DNA from: Barthelona sp. PCE
Lineage: Eukaryota
Direction of reading: 5' to 3'
Assembly (NCBI GenBank): GCA_040285745.1
Contig: JAUFOR010000003.1
Location: 310,001 to 374,000, forward strand
DNA length: 64,000 nucleotides
In this document: piece by piece, positions 28,865 through 39,650 of the stretch
Layout: every line of letters starts with the position of its first letter
How positions within the stretch are numbered: position 1 is the first letter of the stretch
Notes under the pieces: generated by a model
What the model saw: the letters and a program-made list of their open reading frames with translations, nothing else
Database searches by the model: none
Told to the model about the DNA's origin: nothing
Translations under genes and position numbers: made by a program

Positions 28865-30871
28865 ATGGATATGAACAACAACGAAAGTATCGATATTACC
28901 AACGTCGACGTCAATGACTATCTTCTTATTGTTTCTGACTTACACGTCGAGATCGAGGGTCGTGAGATCCTCTCTGGCGTCAACGTCGCCCTCAAGCACG
29001 GTACAATTGCCGTTCTCTTCGGTCCCAATGGCTGTGGTAAGAGTACTCTCATTGCTGCTATCATGGGTCTTGATCACGCCAAGATCACTCAAGGAACTAT
29101 CTTCTTTGACGGATATGACATCACCAATATGAGTTGTGACGAGCGTGCACGTATGGGTCTTGGTATTCTATTCCAAAACCCTCCTGCCGTTCACGGTCTC
29201 CGTGTCAGTAGCTTCTTAAGTGCCATGGGTGCTTCTGATGAAGCTGTTTCCGCTGTCGCTACGAAGACAAGCATGAATCACCTCATAGAGCGTGAAATTA
29301 ACAAGGGTTTCTCTGGTGGTGAGATCAAGCGTTCTGAAACACTTCAACTTTTGCTGCAAGATCCCATCTTTTGTTTGTTGGATGAGCCTGAAAGTGGTGT
29401 TGATGTTGAGAATCTCCAGAAGCTTGGGCGTCTCTTATCTGATCTGTTAAATTCGAGAGATCACCTTGGTCGCCCTCGTTCTGCTCTCATCATTACCCAC
29501 ACTGGTGCAATTCTGGATTTCATTGATCCTGATGTCGGCTACGTTATGAACGGTGGTGTTTTGCAGTGCTCTGGTAACCCCCGTTGCATACTTCGTAACA
29601 TCAGAAAGGCTGGTTACAGTACCTGTGCCAGCTGCACTGAAACCACATGCACATGCATGCGCGGCTTGCGTCTCGGATTCGATGTTACCAAGATCGTCCC
29701 CAACGTCAAAAAAAACAAAATCACCATTAGCATGAACGATGATGACCTCCAGTTCTCCATGCCTGTAATTGAGGACGTCAAGCTCGCTGCTCTTGAGAAC
29801 ACTGAGCACCACGAAATCATTGTGCCACCTTCCGTCTCTGGTGAATTCCTCCAAGTAGATAACACCTTTGAGGTCTCTAACTCCAAGCAGGAGGGTGTCG
29901 AGGTACTCGATCTGAGGACCGCTGTCGAGAAGTACGACTGGGTGGCTGACAAGCTGTGGACTTTGGTAGACAAGGATAAGGATTACGTTACCAAGGGTGT
30001 TTATGAGAATGAACAAGCAGGTAATTTGTTAGGTTACGTTATCATCGCGCATGAGGGCGTCCATACTGTTGACCCTGTCGTTGCTAACTTGCACATGGAC
30101 TGTACAGGACAGACGCAGTTTGTGCACAACATTCTGATAGCCAAGAAGGGTGCAACATTGCACATTGTCTCAGGGTGTACATGCGGTGGCTGTAGTGAGG
30201 GAGAACACTTTGGTATCAGTGAGTTCTTTATCGAGGAAGGAGCCTCAATGGGTTTCACAATGATCCATGCTTGGACAAACGGTCTTAAGGTTTGGCCCAG
30301 ATCTGTAGCACATGTTGCTGATTACGGTCATTTCATGTCGAACTACGTGTGTATTAAGCCCGTTGACAAGGTACAGATGTACCCGACTTGCCGTCTTGAT
30401 GGTCGAAATTCCACAGCCAGATTTACATCAGTGCTTGTTGCTAATAAGAATTGTGAACTCGATACTGGTGCCCGTGCTATTATGAATGGTGAGAACAGTT
30501 CCGCCCAAATCGTTTCACGTGGTATTGCCCTTGATGGATCTGAAGTTCTAGCACGAGCCCATCTAGTTGGAAATGGCCGTAACACTAAGGGTCATATTGA
30601 ATGTCAAGGTATCATTTTCGAAGGTAATGGATCGGTGAAGGCTGTTCCGCAAATTGACGGCAACATTGTAGAAACTGAATTATCACACGAGGCTTCAGTC
30701 GGTCGTATTGGACATGACAAGGTTCAGTATCTGATGTGTAGAGGACTCACTGAGGATCAGGCGACTTCTGCAATTGTTCGTGGTTTCCTCGATATCAGAA
30801 TCGTAGGTATGCCAGCTTCTCTTCAGCGCGAGATTGATGCAGTAATTCAACAGGCAGCCGCTGGTTTCTAA
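28865..30871 (+). CDS. sufCB: SufC-SufB (SmsC-SmsB) fusion, Fe-S cluster scaffold of archaeal type
   Basis: ABC ATPase: FGPNGCGKST, FSGGE, LLDEPESGVD, IITHTG, GYSTCASC; then SufB beta-helix: HNILIA, HFGISEF, FTMIHAW, GHIECQG, LSHEASVG, YLMCRGL...IVRGFL. ATG at 28865. Confidence 0.95.
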   Translation: MDMNNNESIDITNVDVNDYLLIVSDLHVEIEGREILSGVNVALKHGTIAVLFGPNGCGKSTLIAAIMGLDHAKITQGTIFFDGYDITNMSCDERARMGLGILFQNPPAVHGLRVSSFLSAMGASDEAVSAVATKTSMNHLIEREINKGFSGGEIKRSETLQLLLQDPIFCLLDEPESGVDVENLQKLGRLLSDLLNSRDHLGRPRSALIITHTGAILDFIDPDVGYVMNGGVLQCSGNPRCILRNIRKAGYSTCASCTETTCTCMRGLRLGFDVTKIVPNVKKNKITISMNDDDLQFSMPVIEDVKLAALENTEHHEIIVPPSVSGEFLQVDNTFEVSNSKQEGVEVLDLRTAVEKYDWVADKLWTLVDKDKDYVTKGVYENEQAGNLLGYVIIAHEGVHTVDPVVANLHMDCTGQTQFVHNILIAKKGATLHIVSGCTCGGCSEGEHFGISEFFIEEGASMGFTMIHAWTNGLKVWPRSVAHVADYGHFMSNYVCIKPVDKVQMYPTCRLDGRNSTARFTSVLVANKNCELDTGARAIMNGENSSAQIVSRGIALDGSEVLARAHLVGNGRNTKGHIECQGIIFEGNGSVKAVPQIDGNIVETELSHEASVGRIGHDKVQYLMCRGLTEDQATSAIVRGFLDIRIVGMPASLQREIDAVIQQAAAGF

Positions 30872-30940
30872 CTCTAATAAATTCATTTTCCTTATTTAAC
30901 TCTTTATTATTAATTGAACGAATGACGTTTAACAATTGTA

Positions 30941-32701
30941 CTAACACGTCAACTGATGCCATAGGCGATCGGCATACAGACCATTCGGTGAGGCGTCAAG
31001 AGAAAGTTGATGCAATGTGTTTGACAGTTCTTTCTTAAGAGAAACAGGAAGTTTATGATGATACTCGACAATCTGAGATGCAAAAGTTAGCAAAAAGCTC
31101 AAGTTCTTTCCTCCACGCAACATTAAAATTACACGTTCCGTTAAAAGTGAGAGGGTCTGACTTACCAACAACGGAATCGTAGCAGCACCCAGATCACGCA
31201 TCAACATTAACACTGCACTATCAGGCTGATCCTTAAGTACTTGAAGGAACGCTGCGTTAGGATCGTTGTTACGCATGTAATGTCTAGCAAGTGTCATACT
31301 CGCGTTTAGATTGTTCTGCTGTTCTACTCTCTCCTCTACTGTGTCTGGCTGCCTATAAATACTTTCTCTGTCTGTATGTTGTTGAGGAAGACGCGCTACC
31401 AACAGTGCTTTGATTTCATCCATCATCTCTTTCATTTGCCTTTCGTTGCTCTCGATACGGTCTGTCATGGCGCTTATATGGCGACGTGTTTGCTCCTTAA
31501 ACTCCGAAAACTCTGCTTTGAGCTGCCTGTACGCAGAATCATCTGTCGTGGCAACTTCTCTTTGTACCGTAACTGGGGTCTGTGTCAGATTCTTTAACGC
31601 GATCGAATCCATCAGCGATGGAGGAGTGGCTGTTATCTTTTTCTCAGGAAAAGGCGATGATGCTAGCTCCCCGATCTCCATTGTTGAACGAAGAATGCTT
31701 CGCTTGAGAGGTGACCCGCTTGTCTTCGGCGTAAGTGTGTGGCTCAATCGCAGTTGTGTGTTGCTCTGTGGCTCGGGATCGTAATGAGGAATTGGAGCCA
31801 CTGATGCTGTGATTCTATTCCACACCAACATAGCGTTGTTAACAGCCTGTCTCACTGGTTTTATCCGATCAAACCTGTGTTTATGCAACCTTTTCATCAC
31901 ATCTATCTTAAACACACCAACAAGAGCATCAAAGCTCTCAACCATCGCGATTTGGAGTTCACATGCGCTAACACGATCCTGCCATTGCACACTCTCAAGG
32001 GCCCTGAGAGTATACTCAACCAGAGTAGGTAGTTCAGACGCAACACTATCAGGTACTGTTCTGCACAATGCTTCAATAACGCTCAGGAATGGAACATTGG
32101 TGATTATTGACTCGCTCTTGAGGGTCTTAAGGATTGCGGGGATGAGAAGTGGGCAATGGTTCTCAACGAGGGCCGCACCGCTACCTGTAATAACATTGCA
32201 CATCATTGCACCACCAGCACTCTGCGACTGCCTCACACGATTTCGTAGTAAAGTAAGGGCTGTTTTTATGATAGGATTTAAGAATGAAGGGTCTCCCACA
32301 CGTTTGAATGTATACATAGCAATACCCAATGTTGTGGCGCCAATTTCATCATGGAATTTTGCATCTTTCGACAATGCGAAACGCTTCATCGTCCCTGCCA
32401 TCTGAGTCACGTGGCCAAGCGTCACGTGTGATGGGTGCAATGTACATATGTATTTCAAAAGATCAAGCACAGATTTACGTGCAGCAATTGAAGATTCGTT
32501 AACATTAGTTCTACACAACACAGATATAAGACAGTCGACGTCTACTTCTGACTCACACATCTCAATCTTGTGACGCAATCCCTCAGAAGCCCTTTTGTTT
32601 GTGTCATGGTCATTCAATCTGGTAGTATACGCTAATACCTGTTGCTCATTAAAAGCGCTCACCCTCGGTGCTGTGAACTTCGATGAAGTCAATCTGGACA
32701 T
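30941..32701 (-). CDS. TORTIFOLIA1/SPIRAL2-like HEAT/TOG microtubule-associated protein
   Basis: HEAT N-domain ending WQDR...RFDRIKPVRQAV..A...W; S/P linker; coiled coil; C-domain DPNAAFLQVL....VLMLMRDLG. Confidence 0.75.
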   Translation of the reverse strand: MSRLTSSKFTAPRVSAFNEQQVLAYTTRLNDHDTNKRASEGLRHKIEMCESEVDVDCLISVLCRTNVNESSIAARKSVLDLLKYICTLHPSHVTLGHVTQMAGTMKRFALSKDAKFHDEIGATTLGIAMYTFKRVGDPSFLNPIIKTALTLLRNRVRQSQSAGGAMMCNVITGSGAALVENHCPLLIPAILKTLKSESIITNVPFLSVIEALCRTVPDSVASELPTLVEYTLRALESVQWQDRVSACELQIAMVESFDALVGVFKIDVMKRLHKHRFDRIKPVRQAVNNAMLVWNRITASVAPIPHYDPEPQSNTQLRLSHTLTPKTSGSPLKRSILRSTMEIGELASSPFPEKKITATPPSLMDSIALKNLTQTPVTVQREVATTDDSAYRQLKAEFSEFKEQTRRHISAMTDRIESNERQMKEMMDEIKALLVARLPQQHTDRESIYRQPDTVEERVEQQNNLNASMTLARHYMRNNDPNAAFLQVLKDQPDSAVLMLMRDLGAATIPLLVSQTLSLLTERVILMLRGGKNLSFLLTFASQIVEYHHKLPVSLKKELSNTLHQLSLDASPNGLYADRLWHQLTC

Positions 32702-33790
32702 TCAAAAATAAAAAAAGGCGTGGAAAAGGTTAAAAATTTGAAATCAAACGATGAATAACGATATTCCAACACTTTAGACATCATTTAATTCTATGCACAC
32801 CACAAAATATCAAGTTTTGACCATAAATCACATGATGAGCAGGTTTGCATTTAGCTTACTATTCCTTCAATCTATTCCAACTTTTACGTGTCGCTCTGAT
32901 TGTAATACAGCACAATTTATGTGACTTTTTTGTGTTTAAATATTATTAACAAGTAGAATATCCACCAAAACTTCAATACCTTCATTTTTTCCATTACACT
33001 ATTCTTATTCATGAAAAAGGTGCGCAATACAAATTTATTCATCCAAAATACTTGTATTAATCGTTTTAAAAAGTATTAACAAACCTGTCGAAAAACTACA
33101 AAAGTCTTGCAATTTATGAGACTTTTACATACAATAATTAACCGTAAATATCTAAATTACCCTTATATCCATGAATTTTTTAGCATTTATCGAAAAAAAC
33201 TCAATTATTATTAACATCACACATAGCAAATTTATTTGAGTTAAATATGTTTGAGAATCTGATATATCTGATGAAGAAGCAGATCCACGTAATAAAAGCG
33301 CTTGTCTCAAATAAAACAGTTAAAAATATTTGCAAAAAATGTAACAATTTCTGCAATTAGTTTGCTTTTTTATTGACATATTCAATAAATCTATCTTCAA
33401 AATGGTTTTAAAGCTTTAAATTTTAGTTAATTAACATTTTTGATTTGGAAAATCTGGTAAAGGTAGTTTAATATAAGTATATTACGAATAATCTACATTT
33501 TTTATCTTTTTTTTTTCGGGGTTTTTAAAGAATTTAGTGTTAATATTGTGTATAATTTAGTCTATAAAGAATTTTAATGCACTTTTATATAATGTAACTA
33601 TATATGCGATTAAGTAAAAATTCTTTCTCATAATATGTCCAATAAAAGTGATTTTTTGTGGAGGTAAAGGGTGTTAATTGAGATTTGTGTGCCATAAATA
33701 TGACTAGACAATATGAAATTGTGACTATTCCAGTTTAATGGTGTAAAAAAACGCAATTTTATTATTATTGGAAAATGAGGTTATAAGGTA

Positions 33791-34516
33791 TTAGACATTT
33801 TGATAAGAATCATCATCAAATGAATTACTCATGTCTGTACACATGGCGGAGCCAGAAAAAGCAAAATCTGATATGTTTATCCTTGCTGAAGGGTTTAATG
33901 AAAGTGAACTTGCAGATAAACTTCTAGATAATGATTTTCCCAAAGAAAATGAGGCCGAGTGAGTTCTGTTAAAGTTTTCTATGGTTTTTTGATTCTCTAT
34001 AGGGTTCTGTATCAATACGTTATCATTAATTTTCAATCTTTCTAAAGTACTCTTTTTTATGTATTGTTGAACAACTGTATAAGGAAGTGCACGAGCTTTT
34101 ATCGCGTCAAAAATGTCCACTATTACCCTTGAGAGCCGAATAGCAATGAAGTGAAGCAAGGTAATGACGAGTATTAGAAGGAGTTCCGAAATTTCTTCCA
34201 GCTCTTCCAGTGCAATGATTTTATAGAGAATATAACTATCAACTCCCAGACTATATAAAAATAAAATCGTGGTTATAATAATATAACAAAGCCATATCAG
34301 TCTAAAATGTAAGAAAAAAGAAAAAACGTAGATTATTGGACTTAGAACAAAAACTTCTGCTGAACGGTATCTCCAGTATATGCACAGCAACACAAAACCC
34401 ATTAGAAATGTCATGATGATAGACAGTTTTTTCTTACTGCTATAATAAAGCTTATCGAGCAACCCAAGCAATACGTATTCTCTGTCTTCCAGTAGGAACT
34501 CTTCTGAGGATTGCAT
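33791..34516 (-). CDS. Multi-pass membrane protein (~4 TM) with Ser-rich tail
   Basis: Hydrophobic N-half, Ser-rich C-terminus. Confidence 0.6.
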   Translation of the reverse strand: MQSSEEFLLEDREYVLLGLLDKLYYSSKKKLSIIMTFLMGFVLLCIYWRYRSAEVFVLSPIIYVFSFFLHFRLIWLCYIIITTILFLYSLGVDSYILYKIIALEELEEISELLLILVITLLHFIAIRLSRVIVDIFDAIKARALPYTVVQQYIKKSTLERLKINDNVLIQNPIENQKTIENFNRTHSASFSLGKSLSRSLSASSLSLNPSARINISDFAFSGSAMCTDMSNSFDDDSYQNV

Positions 34517-35049
34517 AAGGAAGAAAGAGAAAAATAATACAACTACCGGATTCGGTCGTATAGATGTTGTTTATAGGACGTTTTACGATCTTACATATAT
34601 GAAATCGTAAAACCCGTACTTTAAAATATTTAAAGTGTGGATTTTGTATCTTACATTCACTTTTAGTTAAATTAACTAACTTTTAGCACTTTGAATGTGG
34701 GTGTAAGACTCCATTATTCTCACTTATTGACTTAATATACTATATATGCACACATGGAAGAGAAAATTTGTTCCTCATTTAATGTAAAGTTGAGAACAGC
34801 AGTTGGGTCTGAAACAGTATCATGGTTGCATTTGTATTGAATTTCAGTGATAAAAACAATTATTTGAAGCAGATTTATCTGAAAACGTGGCATGTTTTTT
34901 AATCATAACATTGCTAACTGCTGAGAAAGGTACTACCGCATACACGGTCTCGGTATTGAAATGAATATATCAATTCAATGACATATTCATTGGAAAACAC
35001 ACGTCATTCACTTTCCCTAATTCTTCCCTTTTCTTCAAACTATAATCAT

Positions 35050-36180
35050 ATGTTTGCAGATAAAGATTTGAAACCTCTTGAGGGTCACAGCTTCGAAGAT
35101 CAGTCTATTATGAGGAAATACATATTTCTAAGATTTTTTAAGTTTCTAGCCAGAGTTATTGCTAAAGTTAAGTTTATTTCTCCCAATTTAATCACATTCT
35201 CATCATTAGCAGCTATTATCACCAGTATCGTCTTGCTATTCTTGAATCCTTCACTGACTGGAGTTAATACTAAGGGTGCTTGGCTCATTTTTGGCTCATG
35301 GACACTCTTCATGATTGCAGATAATGTCGATGGTGAGTACGCAAGACTGACAGGCATGTGTTCTCCACTCGGTGGAGCATTAGATCACATGGTTGATTCT
35401 TTGATGTATTTATATGCAGGTAGCGCAATCTCTCTCGTTCTTGGATGTGGTAGAAGTGCGACTATGATCCTTATCCTTCTCTTATGTACTGCTGTTGCTT
35501 CACACGCCGTGCAACTTTTATACTTTTTCACACATCATCTTCACATGGGTAAAGTCAACGCAAGTACGGAAGGTATTGTGATTATTATTGTCATCTGTTT
35601 GCTGCGTGCTATCATTGGTCCGTTTGAACAGCACAAGGCTGCTTTAGGTTTATACATTTTTGCACCTTTCATTGTCTTGCCAGCTATAGAATCCCTCATT
35701 CGTTTGTTCATTGCCAAGCACGAAAAGACCAAGATGTACCGTTTGGGCCAGTTAATGCCTTTCCTTATCGTTATGGCTTGTTCTATTTATTTCTTCTATG
35801 AAGGTGCTTTTAACTACTATATGTGTAGTGATCATTACACGTGTGAACGTGATACTCTTAAGTACTTCCCCGTTCTTGCTGTTTTGACTTATGGACAGAT
35901 CCTATGCTTTTTAACAGAACGTGTTGTTATTTGTTCAGTCTGTCAGTATGATCTTCGTCAATTTTCCATTCCTTCAGTTATCATGGCCATCATCCCTGCA
36001 GTCTGTATGTACTTTAAGCTTCCTCGTAGTCAAATGATTATTGTTTTGGCAATTGAGACAGTTATTGGTTTCCTTGTACTTTTCATTCAGTTCTTCGGTT
36101 ATGTTTTCTCTATGGCTCGTGTACTGGGTTACCCTGTTATTGCAACTTTCCAGCCTAAAGAAGTTCAACCTCTTATATAA
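35050..36180 (+). CDS. CDP-alcohol phosphatidyltransferase (choline/ethanolamine phosphotransferase-like)
   Basis: SPNLIT and DNVDGEYARLTGMCSPLGGALDHMVD signature; many TMs. An upstream ATG at 34978 is possible. Confidence 0.92.
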   Translation: MFADKDLKPLEGHSFEDQSIMRKYIFLRFFKFLARVIAKVKFISPNLITFSSLAAIITSIVLLFLNPSLTGVNTKGAWLIFGSWTLFMIADNVDGEYARLTGMCSPLGGALDHMVDSLMYLYAGSAISLVLGCGRSATMILILLLCTAVASHAVQLLYFFTHHLHMGKVNASTEGIVIIIVICLLRAIIGPFEQHKAALGLYIFAPFIVLPAIESLIRLFIAKHEKTKMYRLGQLMPFLIVMACSIYFFYEGAFNYYMCSDHYTCERDTLKYFPVLAVLTYGQILCFLTERVVICSVCQYDLRQFSIPSVIMAIIPAVCMYFKLPRSQMIIVLAIETVIGFLVLFIQFFGYVFSMARVLGYPVIATFQPKEVQPLI

Positions 36181-36225
36181 TTAACCTCTTTATTAGCAAC
36201 CAATAAATCATTGATTTTTTTTGAT

Positions 36226-37200
36226 TCAGCAATCAAACTTATAAATCTCTGCCTTGGACTTTTGGAAACTGACATAAACACAAACACAAACATACAGGAC
36301 GTTTTCCTTCTTCAGGATGCTTGCACCAGAAATTTCCAACCATGATTTGTTGAGCTTACCTATCTCCTTAACATCAGTCTTTTCATTTTCAAGGTACATG
36401 AGCTCAGAAGTAACGATTCCATTATCAGTAGCGGAAACCATATATTTACCATCGCTAGTAATATCAATGCAAGCTTGAGGATCAGGTAAAGGAAAACTGT
36501 GCATTTCTTGGGTTGTTTTGAATGATGTCATATTGTCAGGGTATCTCATAAAAAACTGGGTATTGCTACAAGGAGCAACACCAAAGGGTTCTGCTTCCAT
36601 AGGATCGATAACTTCATTACCAGGTTCTCCATCACCCCAATGGATCATATAAGAATCCATATCAGCATAGATGAAAGTCACAGGAAGAGGTGTATCATCG
36701 TCTGGTACCAAAACAATGGGAGAACATGCCTCTATAAATCCACCAAATTCAAAATGTATCTTTTCTTTAAGAGTAATAGCATCACCCTCCTTAATGATCT
36801 CAAATAAATCAATGAATGAACCATCATCCTCTTTATCTTTGTCATCCACATAATAAACCTCAACAAACTTATCATTTTGTCCAACAGCCTGGATCCAAGA
36901 ATTGATTGATCCAACACGAACGAATTTGATGCTTGCGAAGTCGTCACTGAAATAATAAAGGCTGGCAAAATTTTGATTGGTTTCAGAATTGTTAAATGTA
37001 ACAAGCAGGTTGTTTGTAACATTGTTATGGGAAATTTCCTCAACAGTGCACTTCTCAGGGAGTTCAACAGAGTTCAACTCTTGCTTTGTTTCGGTTGATA
37101 AAAAGCGGATGTGCGTATCATCAACAATAACGACAGCAGTGTTGTTATTGGCCCATTCGATAACGAAGGGGGAGTAATTGGAAACGGGAAATTCAGTCAT
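36226..37200 (-). CDS. Acidic beta-rich hypothetical protein (possible beta-propeller)
   Basis: 324-aa ORF; CIDITSDGKYMVSA resembles a WD40-like blade. Confidence 0.6.
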   Translation of the reverse strand: MTEFPVSNYSPFVIEWANNNTAVVIVDDTHIRFLSTETKQELNSVELPEKCTVEEISHNNVTNNLLVTFNNSETNQNFASLYYFSDDFASIKFVRVGSINSWIQAVGQNDKFVEVYYVDDKDKEDDGSFIDLFEIIKEGDAITLKEKIHFEFGGFIEACSPIVLVPDDDTPLPVTFIYADMDSYMIHWGDGEPGNEVIDPMEAEPFGVAPCSNTQFFMRYPDNMTSFKTTQEMHSFPLPDPQACIDITSDGKYMVSATDNGIVTSELMYLENEKTDVKEIGKLNKSWLEISGASILKKENVLYVCVCVYVSFQKSKAEIYKFDC

Positions 37201-37659
37201 GGGGATAAATAGCGTGTAACTTGTTTTAAAAGAAGTTAAATAAGGAAATATGTGCTATTATGATGTTAAACAAATGTTGACTCTCGATTTTTGGGATTTG
37301 TAGCAGCAAATATTATAATTTATTGGAAGGAAATCATCCAAATACGTTATAAATCAGGAAAATGGGATTATGGAAAAACTAGTTATTATTGATGCTTTAT
37401 ATCCACAACAGAGCATGTAAATAAATTTTTAACAGCAAAAATTGAATATAAAGTGCAAATTGGCAATAGTTTAATCTCAAAAAATGAATTTTCTCTCAGA
37501 GATTGTATTTAGTTTGTTAGAAATAGTTAGACCCCATTAAGTCCATAAAATGTACATCTGTTGATATTTTTTTTAGAATAGAAAGTGTTTTTAGGCACAG
37601 TTCCCATTTTAACAAATTTTTCTTCTTTCGCTTTTCTTTCAAATTGGCAATGATCAGAC

Positions 37660-38823
37660 ATGTCAGATACTAAAACTGATACAGTGTGTTCGGTGTCTGA
37701 ATATGAAGGAAATGATGACGATTTTGCTTTCTATAACGTAGGATCATCAACAGTTGAAATTGTGAATCGAGATTATCTATCAACTTCATTTAGTACAGAA
37801 ATGGATCTTATTGAGAACGTTTCTGAAGTACCAAACAGAATTAGTTCTGTATTTACAGCTAGTTCAGAATATGAGGATGTAACTGATTTGCCAAACACCA
37901 TTATCACAGATAGTGAATTTTGCACAGATAATTCATCATCATTCCGCACACACTCAGTAACATTTTCATCTACTCATTTGATTTCTGAAGAAGATGAGTT
38001 TGTTGAGATAGCAAATACAACACGTAACATTGATGTATCAGATTTTGAAGAGGAGTTTTCAAACTCTACAGCAACTATGCGCGATGGAACTTCAGTTTCT
38101 GTATTTTCGGCAGGTCTGTTCACCACTGAGGATCCCAATGAATTGGAGGTGTTCATTCCACATCATGATATTGAAAAAGTTGTCTTTTCTTCATTTACGG
38201 CTTTAGATAAGAAAGAACGGGAAGAGTTTGTTAGTGAAACTCTTAATCGTGTTTTTGAGATTATTTTTGTTGTCGCTTGTGTACTTATAATGGTTTCTAC
38301 TTATGGATTGGCAGGAATTTTGCATTTCAGTCACACTGCCCGCCATTTTGATCAGGTTAGTATCTTGTATTCAAATTTTTCATTTGAAACTTATGATTTT
38401 GAGGATAGTTATTACATAAACGTAACTTTAAATTACGGATCAGAAGAAATAACAGAAAGTAGAGGTCCTTTCATGTCTGAGAGTCAGCGTAACGGGTTCT
38501 TTAATGCACGCAACTCTTTAGACGATAATTATGAAGTGAGAATTTGTATACACAATGAGGATTCAACTTTTGCATATCCGCACCCCATAGTTCAAGCGTT
38601 GATTTATTTTATCGGAAGTACATCATTATTCATACTCATATTGCGGACATTGTTTGTTGCTGCTGAATGGAACACAAGAACACAAGGTCTAATGATGTTT
38701 AAATTAGGTAATATAGGACTTAAAAGCAGTACTGAGGGAATAGTAGCTGTTAGTGAGTTTAATTTTGGTGATTGTAATCAAACAAGCACATTTTTTGATA
38801 AATCTTTAGATTTTTTGAAATAA
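37660..38823 (+). CDS. Two-TM membrane protein with acidic Ser/Thr-rich N-region
   Basis: Two TMs flank a loop containing GPFMS; similar to 16693-18405. Confidence 0.7.
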   Translation: MSDTKTDTVCSVSEYEGNDDDFAFYNVGSSTVEIVNRDYLSTSFSTEMDLIENVSEVPNRISSVFTASSEYEDVTDLPNTIITDSEFCTDNSSSFRTHSVTFSSTHLISEEDEFVEIANTTRNIDVSDFEEEFSNSTATMRDGTSVSVFSAGLFTTEDPNELEVFIPHHDIEKVVFSSFTALDKKEREEFVSETLNRVFEIIFVVACVLIMVSTYGLAGILHFSHTARHFDQVSILYSNFSFETYDFEDSYYINVTLNYGSEEITESRGPFMSESQRNGFFNARNSLDDNYEVRICIHNEDSTFAYPHPIVQALIYFIGSTSLFILILRTLFVAAEWNTRTQGLMMFKLGNIGLKSSTEGIVAVSEFNFGDCNQTSTFFDKSLDFLK

Positions 38824-38920
38824 TTTTGTTAGCTTTGCTGCTGACTAGTATTATATAATATATTTTTTTGTAAAAAAAACTTTTAGTTGGTTATTTTTAT
38901 TATATTTTCTACTCAAATTT

Positions 38921-39352
38921 CTATTTTGCAAGAATTTTATACCTATCAATCAGATCGTCTTCAATATTGTTAATGATTCCACCTACAATAATCTCATCCA
39001 AAAGAAGAGAAATTTCAGAACTGTTAAATATAATGTGCAATTCACTAACCTTCTCATAAATTGAATCTAAAACTTCAACTGTTTGTTGCACAAAACTGAA
39101 GATGGATGAGGGTGATTCGGCATCATCTATCACAACACAAAAATGAAGTGTGGCATAAGATCGTACGACCAATGTATGAGTGGAATCATAGGGTTCAGGA
39201 GCTTCCAAAAAGGAGCAGCTTGGGTCCCCGAGATTCAAGGTTCTGTGCAGATGTGAGACGATGTTTTGTACTTTAGTATCGCTTAACGATTCATAAAACT
39301 TGAGCATTCTAGGTTGGCCCTTGTCATTCATAATTATGAAAGCTTTGATCAT
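38921..39352 (-). CDS. AP3S: AP complex sigma subunit, AP-3 type
   Basis: MIKAFIIMNDKGQPRMLKFY, RSYATLHF, VEVLD...VSELHIIFN, LDEII.GG. Confidence 0.88.
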   Translation of the reverse strand: MIKAFIIMNDKGQPRMLKFYESLSDTKVQNIVSHLHRTLNLGDPSCSFLEAPEPYDSTHTLVVRSYATLHFCVVIDDAESPSSIFSFVQQTVEVLDSIYEKVSELHIIFNSSEISLLLDEIIVGGIINNIEDDLIDRYKILAK

Positions 39353-39650
39353 TTTTGGATATTAATAAGTGTGCTAAAAACACAAAAAATGTTGAAAGGG
39401 AATGATAAAGATTATACATCTTATTTATATGAGGTTATTCACTTTTCAATCCTTCTGTACGTTTATTGAGAACTTATAGACAGTCTATGACATATAAAGG
39501 TCGATATAGGAACTTTTTGGAACTGCAGTGTTCATCAAAAAGTAATGTATTTACTATCAGATTGCTATCATTGCCTTCTAATATCAGACGGGCAGGGGAC
39601 CTGATGTCTCCCTAAAAACAGCACGAAAATAAAAGTATTATAAAAAAAAA

